Shown here: positions 8,439 to 16,549 of the stretch, piece by piece
How positions within the stretch are numbered: the first letter of the stretch is position 1
Layout of the letters: each line of letters begins with the position of its first letter
DNA from: a virus
DNA: 64,000 nucleotides
Direction: 5' to 3' (one strand)
Virus record (IMG/VR): IMGVR_UViG_3300036820_000013
Coordinates: 15,081 to 79,080 of that record
Notes under the pieces: generated by a model
The model's database searches: none
What the model was told of the DNA's origin: nothing
What the model saw: only the letters and a program-made list of their open reading frames with translations
Translations under genes and position numbers: made by a program

Positions 8439-9604
8439 TGAGCCTCGTCCACGAGATCCATTCATCCCAGCTACGCGGTTACCGGCGCTGCCGACAGCTC
8501 TACCAATGGCGTTACGTTGAAAACTGGGAACCGATTAAGAAGCCAGCCCCTCTCGAGGATGGGACGGTCTGGCATAAGGCTTGCGAGGCTGTATACGACC
8601 CCGTCGGTTGGGAGCAGCCGCTAGCAGAGCTACATGGTCGAGCTAACAATGCCCTAATCTTTGAGGCGGCTAAGCAGAAGAACGAGTACCTCGAGCGCGC
8701 AGGTAAGTACCAGCTCGATGAGCAAGAAGCCCTAGAGTATGCCGAGCGTGTTAACCTACTACGCAGCATGCTCGCAAAGCTCTGCCGCTCGCTAGACCGA
8801 GAGAAGTACCGACCTGTATTCGTTGAGCGTGAATTCTCCTGCCCCATCCTAGGCGAGCTAGGGAGTCAGCTGTACTGCCGCTGCTTGCGATGCCAAGAGC
8901 AAATGCTCCAGTCAGGCCGCGAAGCTCCGAGGTCTACAGTGCAATGTGCTTCAGGGCTGCCGGTAACGTTCAACTGCCGTATCGACGCCGTCTTCGAGGA
9001 CAAAGAAGGTTTTGTCTACGCCGTCGACCATAAGTCAACAGCGGTTCTGCTTAAAGCGGATTCAGTCATTCCGGAGCTAGAGGACCAGCTACCGTCCTAC
9101 CTATGGTGCCTGCAACAGAATGACTATCCGGTAACCGGCCTGATCCTCAACCAATTTCGCAAGGCGTACCCAAAGCCTCCTAGACGCTTGGAGCGCCTGA
9201 CGCAGGGTCGGCTTTACAGTACAAACCGAATGCAGCTAACCGATCATGATACCGCCCGTCAGGTCTTCCGGCACTACGACCCCCGAGCCTTCCAACATGG
9301 CCTGTACAACGACTATCTACGCTGGCTACAAGAGTTCGGGCCACAGTTCTCGCGGCAGTTTGTACATTTCAAGACAGCAGCACAGCTAGACATCGTTGCT
9401 AAGAACGTCCGGCTTCAGACCTTGGAGCTGATCGACGAAGGTCCAATGATCTACCCGAATCCGAGCCAGATGAACTGTAGCGGCTGTTCGTTCCAGTTGC
9501 CTTGCTTTGCAGAGCAATCCGGTCTGGATTACCAATCGGAGCTTGAAGCGAGCTTCGTTAAGTCTAAGCCCTACTATATCCAGAGGCGTGCGCATGAAGT
9601 GTAA
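8438..9604 (+). CDS. PD-(D/E)XK (RecB/Cas4-like) exonuclease
   Basis: N-terminal SQLRGYRRC, GTVWH, VEREF, RIDAV...VDHKS, QLPSY, C-terminal CSGCSFQLPC (Fe-S type Cys cluster). Confidence 0.88.
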   Translation: MSLVHEIHSSQLRGYRRCRQLYQWRYVENWEPIKKPAPLEDGTVWHKACEAVYDPVGWEQPLAELHGRANNALIFEAAKQKNEYLERAGKYQLDEQEALEYAERVNLLRSMLAKLCRSLDREKYRPVFVEREFSCPILGELGSQLYCRCLRCQEQMLQSGREAPRSTVQCASGLPVTFNCRIDAVFEDKEGFVYAVDHKSTAVLLKADSVIPELEDQLPSYLWCLQQNDYPVTGLILNQFRKAYPKPPRRLERLTQGRLYSTNRMQLTDHDTARQVFRHYDPRAFQHGLYNDYLRWLQEFGPQFSRQFVHFKTAAQLDIVAKNVRLQTLELIDEGPMIYPNPSQMNCSGCSFQLPCFAEQSGLDYQSELEASFVKSKPYYIQRRAHEV

Positions 9605-9782
9605 CGGAGCGGTTACGGACAATGATGCTCGCGATTGCAGCTCTCCAGAACCGAAGTACGTTTGGACAGGGTCTCATGGAGGCGAGTACTACCTGTGCGA
9701 CTATCATGTCGCTAAGTGGTGCAGCGAAGTCCAGGGCATTTCAGTGCTAGAACCGATACGGATTAGGACGCTGCAGCCATGA
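9594..9782 (+). CDS. Small Cys-rich protein
   Basis: C...C...LCDYH pattern; overlaps both neighbours. Confidence 0.5.
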   Translation: MKCNGAVTDNDARDCSSPEPKYVWTGSHGGEYYLCDYHVAKWCSEVQGISVLEPIRIRTLQP

Positions 9783-10945
9783 TCATCGATTGGATTTCCG
9801 TTGCGCCTTGGGTACCTTCTGGCTACGGAAGTCAAACAGCTTTGCAAGTGCCGCTCCTTGCCCAAGACCATCAAGTTTTCATCGCCGCTAGCTACGGCTT
9901 GAGGGGTTCGCCTCAAACATGGCAGGCGCCTGATGGAACTGACATTCGTGTTTGGCCTGCAGTTAGCGATGAAGACCTAATTTCTCAATACCGCTTCAAT
10001 GAAGCAGACTTGGCTATAGCGCTCTTCGATGCTTGGGCCGGCCCACTTGACTTCCTAGCGGCTTCTGGCGCGAGCGTCGCGATTTGGCTTCCAGTTGATT
10101 GCACCCCAATGAGCGTTCCAGATATGCATCGTATTCGAAAAAGCACGGGGATTACCCCGATCGCGATGTCACGCCATGGGCGCAGAATGCTCAAGGATGC
10201 TGGATTCGACCCGCTCTATGTACCTCATAGTATCGATACGCAGCTATTCAGGCCTGAGAAGGACAGGCAAGAACTTAAAAAAGCGCTCGGTCTAGATCCA
10301 GACGCCTTCGTGATTGGCATTAATGCTGCCAATGCGGATTCCCTGCGAAAAGGGTTCGCCGAGCAGCTCATGGCCTTCAAGACCTTCCATCAAAACCATC
10401 CGAATTCGATATTGTTGCTACATACCGGCGAGATACCTAGTGAGGGCCAACGAGGCGTCCATCTAGGCCACCTACTACGAAACCTGAAACTAGAAGGCGC
10501 GGCGCACTTTACCGATCAGTTCCGCTACGAGTCAGGCCTAATAAGCCCAACATTCTTGCAGAAGTGGTATAACACCCTGAACCTGCTGTCCGCCTGTAGC
10601 TATGGTGAAGGATTTGGAATCCCGATTATCGAGGCTCAAGCCTGCGGTACTCCTGTGGTTGTGACGGATGTTTCTGCGATGCCGGAACTACTTTTTAATG
10701 GCTGGAAAGTAGACGGACAGCCCCAATGGAACGCCTTTCATAACGCCTGGTGGAAGGTCCCGAACGTTCTGCGAATCTTGAACGCTTATGAGAGCGCTTA
10801 TGAGAATCGCGGCGAGCCTAACGAGGCCGAACTATCACGAGCTGGTCGCGACAACATCGTCAAGAAGTACGACATGCACTTCGTGTATGAAAAGTTCTGG
10901 CGCCCGACACTGCATGCCTTGGAGAGCCGATATGGCAAACACTGA
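9779..10945 (+). CDS. Glycosyltransferase, GT4 (GT-B) family
   Basis: PSGYG, PHSIDTQLF, RKG, and the GT4 signature EGFGIPIIEAQACGTPVV...AMPE. Confidence 0.9.
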   Translation: MIIDWISVAPWVPSGYGSQTALQVPLLAQDHQVFIAASYGLRGSPQTWQAPDGTDIRVWPAVSDEDLISQYRFNEADLAIALFDAWAGPLDFLAASGASVAIWLPVDCTPMSVPDMHRIRKSTGITPIAMSRHGRRMLKDAGFDPLYVPHSIDTQLFRPEKDRQELKKALGLDPDAFVIGINAANADSLRKGFAEQLMAFKTFHQNHPNSILLLHTGEIPSEGQRGVHLGHLLRNLKLEGAAHFTDQFRYESGLISPTFLQKWYNTLNLLSACSYGEGFGIPIIEAQACGTPVVVTDVSAMPELLFNGWKVDGQPQWNAFHNAWWKVPNVLRILNAYESAYENRGEPNEAELSRAGRDNIVKKYDMHFVYEKFWRPTLHALESRYGKH

Positions 10946-11558
10946 TCCCGTAGAAGTGGAAGGCCTGCTCTGGAACGGCTGGCCTGGACGCATAGCCCTC
11001 GATGTCGGAGCTCGCATGGGCGAATCGATCGAGGACATAGTGCGCTGCGGCTTCACTAACATTACCTGCTTCGAACCTTCGCCTCAGGCCTTCCCTATCT
11101 TGGAACCATTTGCAGAGCGGCTGGGTGTGAAGCCTCGGCAGCTAGCTATCTCGGACCATGACGGCCAGGTCCTCCTTGCATCTGTCCCAGGCGCCATGTC
11201 TAAGGGCGAGCTCGTCAGCCCAATCGATGGCATGGAATGGTCTGTCGATGATTGGAGCAAAGCCGACTACGTTGTAGTTCCTTGCCTGACCTTGAATACC
11301 TGGTGCGGAGTTGAGGGCTTTCCGGACTTCGTCAAGGTCGACACCGAAGGTCATGAACTCAAGGTCCTGCAAGGGGCACAAGAACTGATCTGGCACGGCT
11401 GCGGCTGGCTCATCGAATTCCATACGCCGTTGAATCGTGAGCGCTGCTCAGGCCTCTTGCAAACAGCAGGCTACGAAGTCGAGACGATACGCCACCCTCA
11501 CTATGCTCCCGAATCGCCGATGTGGCACCAGCACGGCTGGATCCGGGCGGAAAAATAG
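10932..11558 (+). CDS. FkbM-family methyltransferase
   Basis: LDVGARMG, FEP, AISD, DFVKVDTEGHELKVLQG, LIEFH. Confidence 0.88.
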   Translation: MANTDPVEVEGLLWNGWPGRIALDVGARMGESIEDIVRCGFTNITCFEPSPQAFPILEPFAERLGVKPRQLAISDHDGQVLLASVPGAMSKGELVSPIDGMEWSVDDWSKADYVVVPCLTLNTWCGVEGFPDFVKVDTEGHELKVLQGAQELIWHGCGWLIEFHTPLNRERCSGLLQTAGYEVETIRHPHYAPESPMWHQHGWIRAEK

Positions 11559-11565
11559 GAGAACA

Positions 11566-12414
11566 ATGACAGACACAGATCAAGTCCTAACCGGAGAACT
11601 AGTCCCAGCGATCACTTCATTTGGCGGCGTCCCAGTATCGCCAATCCGCGACAAGCCTCAGTACATGAAGTCCTTGGTCTACGGCAAGCCCGGCGTTGGC
11701 AAGACAACGCTCGTCGCGCAAGCCGCCCGTATCCCAGGCATGGCGCCGGTACTGTTCATGACGCCAGACGCAGCTGAAGCTGACACACTACGGAAGGCAG
11801 CGCCCGAGGCCATCGTAGCATTCATCGATCGGTTTAGCGAGTTCGACAAGATCTACAAAGCCGCAGCCAAGCTCGCAGCCTCCGGCCAGGCTATCCCGTT
11901 CAAGACCTTCGTGATCGACACTGGCACTGAAGCACAGAAGCTCTCCATGAACGACATCATGACGCAGCTACTCATCACAGGCCGCCCTGGCGGTGGAGAC
12001 GTCAACTTCGACGTCCCGAGTGTGCGCGAATGGGGCGAGTCGATCAGCCAGATGCGCACGCTGGTCCGACACTTCCGCGACCTGCCGGCTAACTTCCTCA
12101 TGACCTGTCACGAGGCAGAGGCCAAGGATCCTCGAGGCGGTAACTGGGTCGTCCCTGACCTGCCGGGCAAGCTCAAGAACCAGTTGTGCGGCATGTTCAG
12201 TAACGTGTTCTACATGGCGGTCGAGAGGAAGACCCAAGCTGAGGGTCGCACAAAGATCGTCACCGACGAGCGTCGGCTCCTCCTGACCGGCCTCACTGAA
12301 GGCTTCCAGGCTAAGAGTCGCACAGGCCTCTTCGAGCGGGTCGTTAACGATCCCGACCTCGGAGAGCTGTACCAGTCGATCACAGCTATCGGCGACGGTA
12401 CATCGGCCCAATAG
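11566..12414 (+). CDS. Sak4-like AAA ATPase (single-strand annealing recombinase)
   Basis: LVYGKPGVGKTT, VIDT, TCHE, AKSR; lies between the exonuclease and SSB; RBS aggag. Confidence 0.85.
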   Translation: MTDTDQVLTGELVPAITSFGGVPVSPIRDKPQYMKSLVYGKPGVGKTTLVAQAARIPGMAPVLFMTPDAAEADTLRKAAPEAIVAFIDRFSEFDKIYKAAAKLAASGQAIPFKTFVIDTGTEAQKLSMNDIMTQLLITGRPGGGDVNFDVPSVREWGESISQMRTLVRHFRDLPANFLMTCHEAEAKDPRGGNWVVPDLPGKLKNQLCGMFSNVFYMAVERKTQAEGRTKIVTDERRLLLTGLTEGFQAKSRTGLFERVVNDPDLGELYQSITAIGDGTSAQ

Positions 12415-12444
12415 GGCAAGGCAAACACAGAAAGAGAAACGAAC

Positions 12445-12981
12445 ATGGGCATCAAAGTCAACGTCAGCGAACAAGAAGACACATCCGGCGATCGGGGCTT
12501 CGACCCGATGCCGATCGGGAAGTATCACGTATCGGTCATCGCCGTGACCCTCGATGAGTCGCAGTCTGAAGCTCATCCCGGCGAGCCGATGCTCGGCTTC
12601 GAGTTCGTTGTACAGGACTCTCCCGGGTCGTGGCAGAAGTTCGCCAATCGGCATGACTGGGTCAACGCCTGCCTCTGGGACGGCGCGCTCTACACGATCA
12701 TCGGCATCCTGAAGGCGCTGCCCTCCGACAGCGGCAATAAGAACGCCTACGAGGACCATGTCACCCGGAACCAGAAGGGAGAGGTCATCGACCTCGACAT
12801 CCCGACGGAGCCGGAGTTCTACGAGGGCCGGGAGATGATCATCCGGCGCGGACTGAACAAGAAGCAGAAGGACAAGTTCCCGGACATGCCGGAGCGGTGG
12901 ATCGAGGTCCGCGGCTTCGGAGCATACGACCCCGAGACCGCGCACAAGGGTGCTCCGCAGGCTGAAGAAGCACCGTTCTAG
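12445..12981 (+). CDS. Single-stranded DNA-binding protein (DUF669-like)
   Basis: FDPMPIGKYHV...GEPML N-terminus, acidic C-terminus ending EEAPF; follows the Sak4-like gene. Confidence 0.75.
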   Translation: MGIKVNVSEQEDTSGDRGFDPMPIGKYHVSVIAVTLDESQSEAHPGEPMLGFEFVVQDSPGSWQKFANRHDWVNACLWDGALYTIIGILKALPSDSGNKNAYEDHVTRNQKGEVIDLDIPTEPEFYEGREMIIRRGLNKKQKDKFPDMPERWIEVRGFGAYDPETAHKGAPQAEEAPF

Positions 12982-12989
12982 ACCGGCTA

Positions 12990-13114
12990 TGAAGATTGCG
13001 GGTCGAGTCGCTGGGAAATGCAGGTATACTCGGTTTAGCGGACAGGAAGCAATGCGACCCGAAAGGGTGTCCGTGAGAGAAGTCGACTGGACCGGCCTGC
13101 CACCCGCATCTTCA
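12990..13114 (+). ncRNA. Candidate structured RNA (about 125 nt)
   Basis: Nested helices: 13-bp closing stem with one bulge, gcaggt/gcctgc, cggtttag/ctggaccg, cggac/gtccg, accc-GAAA-gggt tetraloop. Confidence 0.55.
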
Positions 13115-13128
13115 GAAAGGACCTAAGG

Positions 13129-13494
13129 GTGAAAAATCAGCAGCATAGTCAATCGGCGTTCTCTGACGACAGCCTAGGACTCAATCCTGACTTCGTGGTC
13201 TGTGGTGGACCGACAGCTAACGGTTGGGTTCGTCTCTTCGCTAGCAAAGACCTAACGCGAGCTGAGCTCGACGTCGTCGAAGACTACGAAGACATCGACA
13301 TCAGCTGGTATAGGGTTGAGATGCTTCCTCGAAGGACTCACCGAACCATCACGCTATCGACAGTCCTGAAGCACCTCATTATCATCGAGGCGCCTGACTA
13401 CAAAACTGCCTGGGAATCTCTATTCAAGGATTGGTCGCCCGAGCGTGCCGCCAAACCTGCGATCACCAAAGGGCAGCCCCAGCTGGAGGCATGA
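13129..13494 (+). CDS. Hypothetical protein
   Basis: RBS gaaagga; coupled to queD. Confidence 0.6.
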   Translation: MKNQQHSQSAFSDDSLGLNPDFVVCGGPTANGWVRLFASKDLTRAELDVVEDYEDIDISWYRVEMLPRRTHRTITLSTVLKHLIIIEAPDYKTAWESLFKDWSPERAAKPAITKGQPQLEA

Positions 13495-13979
13495 TGTTTC
13501 GCATTTCCAAGACCTTCGAGTTCTCAGCGGCTCATCGCCTGAACGGTCTCGATCAAGGCCATCCCTGCGGTCGAATGCACGGTCACAACTACGTCATCGA
13601 GCTGTTCCTAGAAGCCCCTAGCCTAGACCCAGTAGGCTTCGTGCGCGACTACCGCGAGCTAGATCACTTCAAGGAGTGGCTAGACGCGACGTTCGACCAT
13701 CACCTCGTCAACGAGACTGTTACGCAGCCAACTGCTGAACTGATGGCGATGGCGATCTACCACCGCGCCGTAGCAATGTATCATGAGGTCGTTGCAGTGT
13801 CGGTCAAAGAGACCGGCAAGACGACCGCAGTGTATGCGCCGCATTCACTCCCGCCGCTCGATACGGTGCTCAACGTGCTCGAAACCCTAGCTGAGGAGCC
13901 GCCTGGTAGCGCCGATCGCGTGCGCCTCCAAACGGCGCTGCATCTCTTGGGCTTCCAACCCGAAGGGCTAGGTGCTTGA
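13491..13979 (+). CDS. queD: 6-carboxy-5,6,7,8-tetrahydropterin synthase with a C-terminal extension
   Basis: ISKTFEFSAAHRL...HPCGRMHGHNY...FDHH...PTAE...VKET. Confidence 0.95.
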   Translation: MMFRISKTFEFSAAHRLNGLDQGHPCGRMHGHNYVIELFLEAPSLDPVGFVRDYRELDHFKEWLDATFDHHLVNETVTQPTAELMAMAIYHRAVAMYHEVVAVSVKETGKTTAVYAPHSLPPLDTVLNVLETLAEEPPGSADRVRLQTALHLLGFQPEGLGA

Positions 13980-14566
13980 TGATCGAGCGTAACGACGAAG
14001 GCCGCCTCGAAATGGATGACGCGACCCCCGAAGAGCTCATGGCCGTGATTCTTAATCAAGTGATGCCAGACTTCGACTGGGAGAACGACGACGTCAGGGA
14101 AACGCCTCGGCGGTTCATTAAGATGCTCCGTGAGCTGACCGATGCGAGCGAGAACTGGAAGTTCACGACCTTCAAGTCCGACTCGAAGGAAATGGTCATC
14201 GTGAAGAACATCCGCTTCGTGAGCCTCTGCTCACACCACCTAGCGCCTTATACAGGCGTCTGCCACGTCGGCTACATTCCTGACGGCGAAATCGCAGGCT
14301 TGTCCAAGCTGGCTCGCCAGGTGCAAACAGCTGCGAAGATGCCGTCCGTACAGGAAGAGATGACGACCGCGATCGCGGACGCCCTCAACGACATTCTCGA
14401 TCCGTCCGGCGTGATTGTCGTCATGCGGGCGCATCACTCATGCATGAGCCTCCGCGGAGCGCTCGCTCACGAAGCCGAAACGATCACGTCGGCTGTCCGC
14501 GGAGTGTTCTACAGCAACGAACGAGGAATCAAAGAAGAATTCCTGCGCTTGATCGGACTGCCATGA
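13976..14566 (+). CDS. folE: GTP cyclohydrolase I
   Basis: ETPRR, SLCSHHLAPY, GLSKLAR, VQE, HSCMSLRG, TSAVRG. Confidence 0.96.
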   Translation: MMIERNDEGRLEMDDATPEELMAVILNQVMPDFDWENDDVRETPRRFIKMLRELTDASENWKFTTFKSDSKEMVIVKNIRFVSLCSHHLAPYTGVCHVGYIPDGEIAGLSKLARQVQTAAKMPSVQEEMTTAIADALNDILDPSGVIVVMRAHHSCMSLRGALAHEAETITSAVRGVFYSNERGIKEEFLRLIGLP

Positions 14567-14724
14567 CTTGGAGAGACATTGCGCAGCGCTACCCTGAATT
14601 CGCGCAATGGATAGTAGCCAAATATGGACCGCTACCTGACGGAGAAGTAACTCAAACAGACTACGAGCGCTTCGCGGACGCTGATCGAGAGAGGCTCTTG
14701 ACGATCGAGAGGCTAAATAAATGA
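14563..14724 (+). CDS. Small hypothetical protein (53 aa)
   Basis: Overlaps folE stop and the start of the TGT-like gene. Confidence 0.55.
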   Translation: MTWRDIAQRYPEFAQWIVAKYGPLPDGEVTQTDYERFADADRERLLTIERLNK

Positions 14725-15527
14725 GCAGCATCGATATCGCGCTCATCGCTCCTGGAGCACTAACTGAGCGGTACGGCGAAGGCCGCCGATTCCAAATGGC
14801 GCTAGCCGGAAACCTGGCCGACGTCAGTCAAGTCGCCTACCACGAGTTCTACAACCAAGCATGGAAGCCATGGGGCGCTGAATGGCTACTCGACAACGGC
14901 GCCTGGGAAGGCAAGCTTCTAGGCGACGATGAGCTCATCCAGATTGCTAGGCGTTACCGCGCAACAGAAGTCATGGCTCCAGATGTCATCAACGATGCTG
15001 CGGCGACCCTCGGCAAGACCTTGGAGTTCCTAGACCAATGGCGAGAGCAGCGAGACCGTCACGTAGTTATGCCGCGTGTCGCAGCTGTCGCGCATGGCAG
15101 CACTACACGCGAGGCCATGGCCTTTGTTTACGAGATTGAGAAGGCTCCCGAGGTCAAGACCATCGCAATCGGGCGCGCCTACTCCCGCAAGGTCGGCAAC
15201 CCAACCGCGCGGTACGAACTAGCCATGGAGATCAAGAAGCGATTCGGACAACGGTTCCAGATCCACTTGCTCGGGTTTAGCGATGAGTGGCCCACTGAGC
15301 TTCAGCACTGTAATGGGGTCCCAGGGCTGATTCGCAGCTGCGACACAGTCGCTCCCTTCACGTATGCCTATTACGGCTACCCGCTCGAGGCTGCTGGAGT
15401 TGCCAAGGCTCCTAGGCCGGATAACTACTTCGACCTGACCCTGAACGACATCAACCGGTCGCTGCTTGAACGGAACATAGCAGAAATCGACAAGATGGCC
15501 CAATCCGAGAATTGGAGGCGTTCCTAG
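14721..15527 (+). CDS. TGT/DpdA-like deazapurine transglycosylase (TIM barrel)
   Basis: LLDNGAWE (compare TGT DSG), APDV, VAHG, IHLLG, RSCDT; directly downstream of queD-folE. Confidence 0.7.
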   Translation: MSSIDIALIAPGALTERYGEGRRFQMALAGNLADVSQVAYHEFYNQAWKPWGAEWLLDNGAWEGKLLGDDELIQIARRYRATEVMAPDVINDAAATLGKTLEFLDQWREQRDRHVVMPRVAAVAHGSTTREAMAFVYEIEKAPEVKTIAIGRAYSRKVGNPTARYELAMEIKKRFGQRFQIHLLGFSDEWPTELQHCNGVPGLIRSCDTVAPFTYAYYGYPLEAAGVAKAPRPDNYFDLTLNDINRSLLERNIAEIDKMAQSENWRRS

Positions 15528-16105
15528 TGTCAGAGAAGATCATAAACGCGACCGTCGATCAGAACATAGACATTCCTGATGGCTGGCATGTAAAGCGAAT
15601 CCTCAGTACTTCAATCTGGGGCAAGCCTACCTCGGTCCTCATCACGGATGACCAGCCGCTCATCCCTGACCCTGCTCAGGCCGAGGGCGATTGCTACATC
15701 GAGGGGCCCAAGGGTAGCCTCCACATCATCTGCGGCGAGCCTAATGGCAATATGCTCTGCAGCTTTGGGCCAGAGCATGAAGGGCGTCATTCCTGGGAAC
15801 CAGACCTCGACGGTTTCCCTGCCGCTCCCGCTGAGTACCATCCGGAATACTATCAGACCGAGAACGGCTTGGATCCTTGGTCAGTAATCAAGGCGTTCCA
15901 GCTTGACTACTGGCGCGGGTCAATGGTAGCGTACCTACTACGTATGGGCGATAAGCCCGGCGACTCTGAGCTTGAGGACATGCGTAAGGTCTACACGTTC
16001 GCAGCCGAGCGCCTCCGGCAGCTAGAAAACGAGGCGTATCCGGTTCGGCACATCGTAGGGAGCGAGGATGAGCAGATCCATCGAGGACCTACTGATCTGG
16101 GGTGA
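15527..16105 (+). CDS. DUF3310-domain protein (T7 gp1.7-like nucleotide kinase candidate)
   Basis: C-terminal HPEYY...DPWSVI...YWRGSMVAYLLRMGDK...EDMRK resembles the HPxHY...GNxxKYxxRxGxK...EDLxK pattern. Confidence 0.7.
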   Translation: MSEKIINATVDQNIDIPDGWHVKRILSTSIWGKPTSVLITDDQPLIPDPAQAEGDCYIEGPKGSLHIICGEPNGNMLCSFGPEHEGRHSWEPDLDGFPAAPAEYHPEYYQTENGLDPWSVIKAFQLDYWRGSMVAYLLRMGDKPGDSELEDMRKVYTFAAERLRQLENEAYPVRHIVGSEDEQIHRGPTDLG

Positions 16106-16194
16106 GCTATGCAACGTTCGCTACAAGAGCACCGACATGACTTGCGTACGCAACGAGCATCAGGAAGACACTTCACACAGAGCGGAGAACGGAT

Positions 16195-16407
16195 TTGAGT
16201 GGCCTAGACTGCAAGGGTCTACCGACGAATGCAGACAAGTATGACAGTCGCAGGTATGCGACCGAAGCGCTAGCCTTCCAGCGTGTCGAGACGCTCAGGA
16301 GTTTCGGGATCTGGCCTGGTGTCGTCCGTTACCGCGATGGCAAGTTCGGCCTGACCTACGACCCAATCCGTGCTAGCGTCACACTCTACCGTATGGGTAA
16401 CGAATGA
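16195..16407 (+). CDS. Hypothetical protein
   Basis: RBS ggaga; TTG start. Confidence 0.5.
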   Translation: MSGLDCKGLPTNADKYDSRRYATEALAFQRVETLRSFGIWPGVVRYRDGKFGLTYDPIRASVTLYRMGNE

Positions 16408-16549
16408 CTAAAGCACTCTGGTGCGTGGGCTGCGCCCTGCTGCTAGACCCTGGAGGGCTGACAGTTCATATTCAGGATCATGTCGCCGACGGCCTTAGTC
16501 CGTATCCGCCTCTATACGTAGTAACGATCGATGGAGATGGCCTCCCCAA

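Noticed and set aside
8438-9604. Cas4-like nuclease as a sign of a CRISPR system
   Set aside because: No repeat-spacer array or other cas genes were seen; the context (Sak4, SSB) fits a phage recombination exonuclease.
11968-12945. 325-aa minus-strand ORF, and similar long antisense ORFs such as 48732-49664 and 41767-42507
   Set aside because: They are shadows of well-supported genes on the opposite strand, expected with high-GC codon bias and repeats.
12990-13114. Match to preQ1, cobalamin or c-di-AMP riboswitches, SRP RNA or hairpin ribozyme
   Set aside because: Only short partial motif similarities; the helix arrangement does not fit, so it is left as an unassigned structured RNA.
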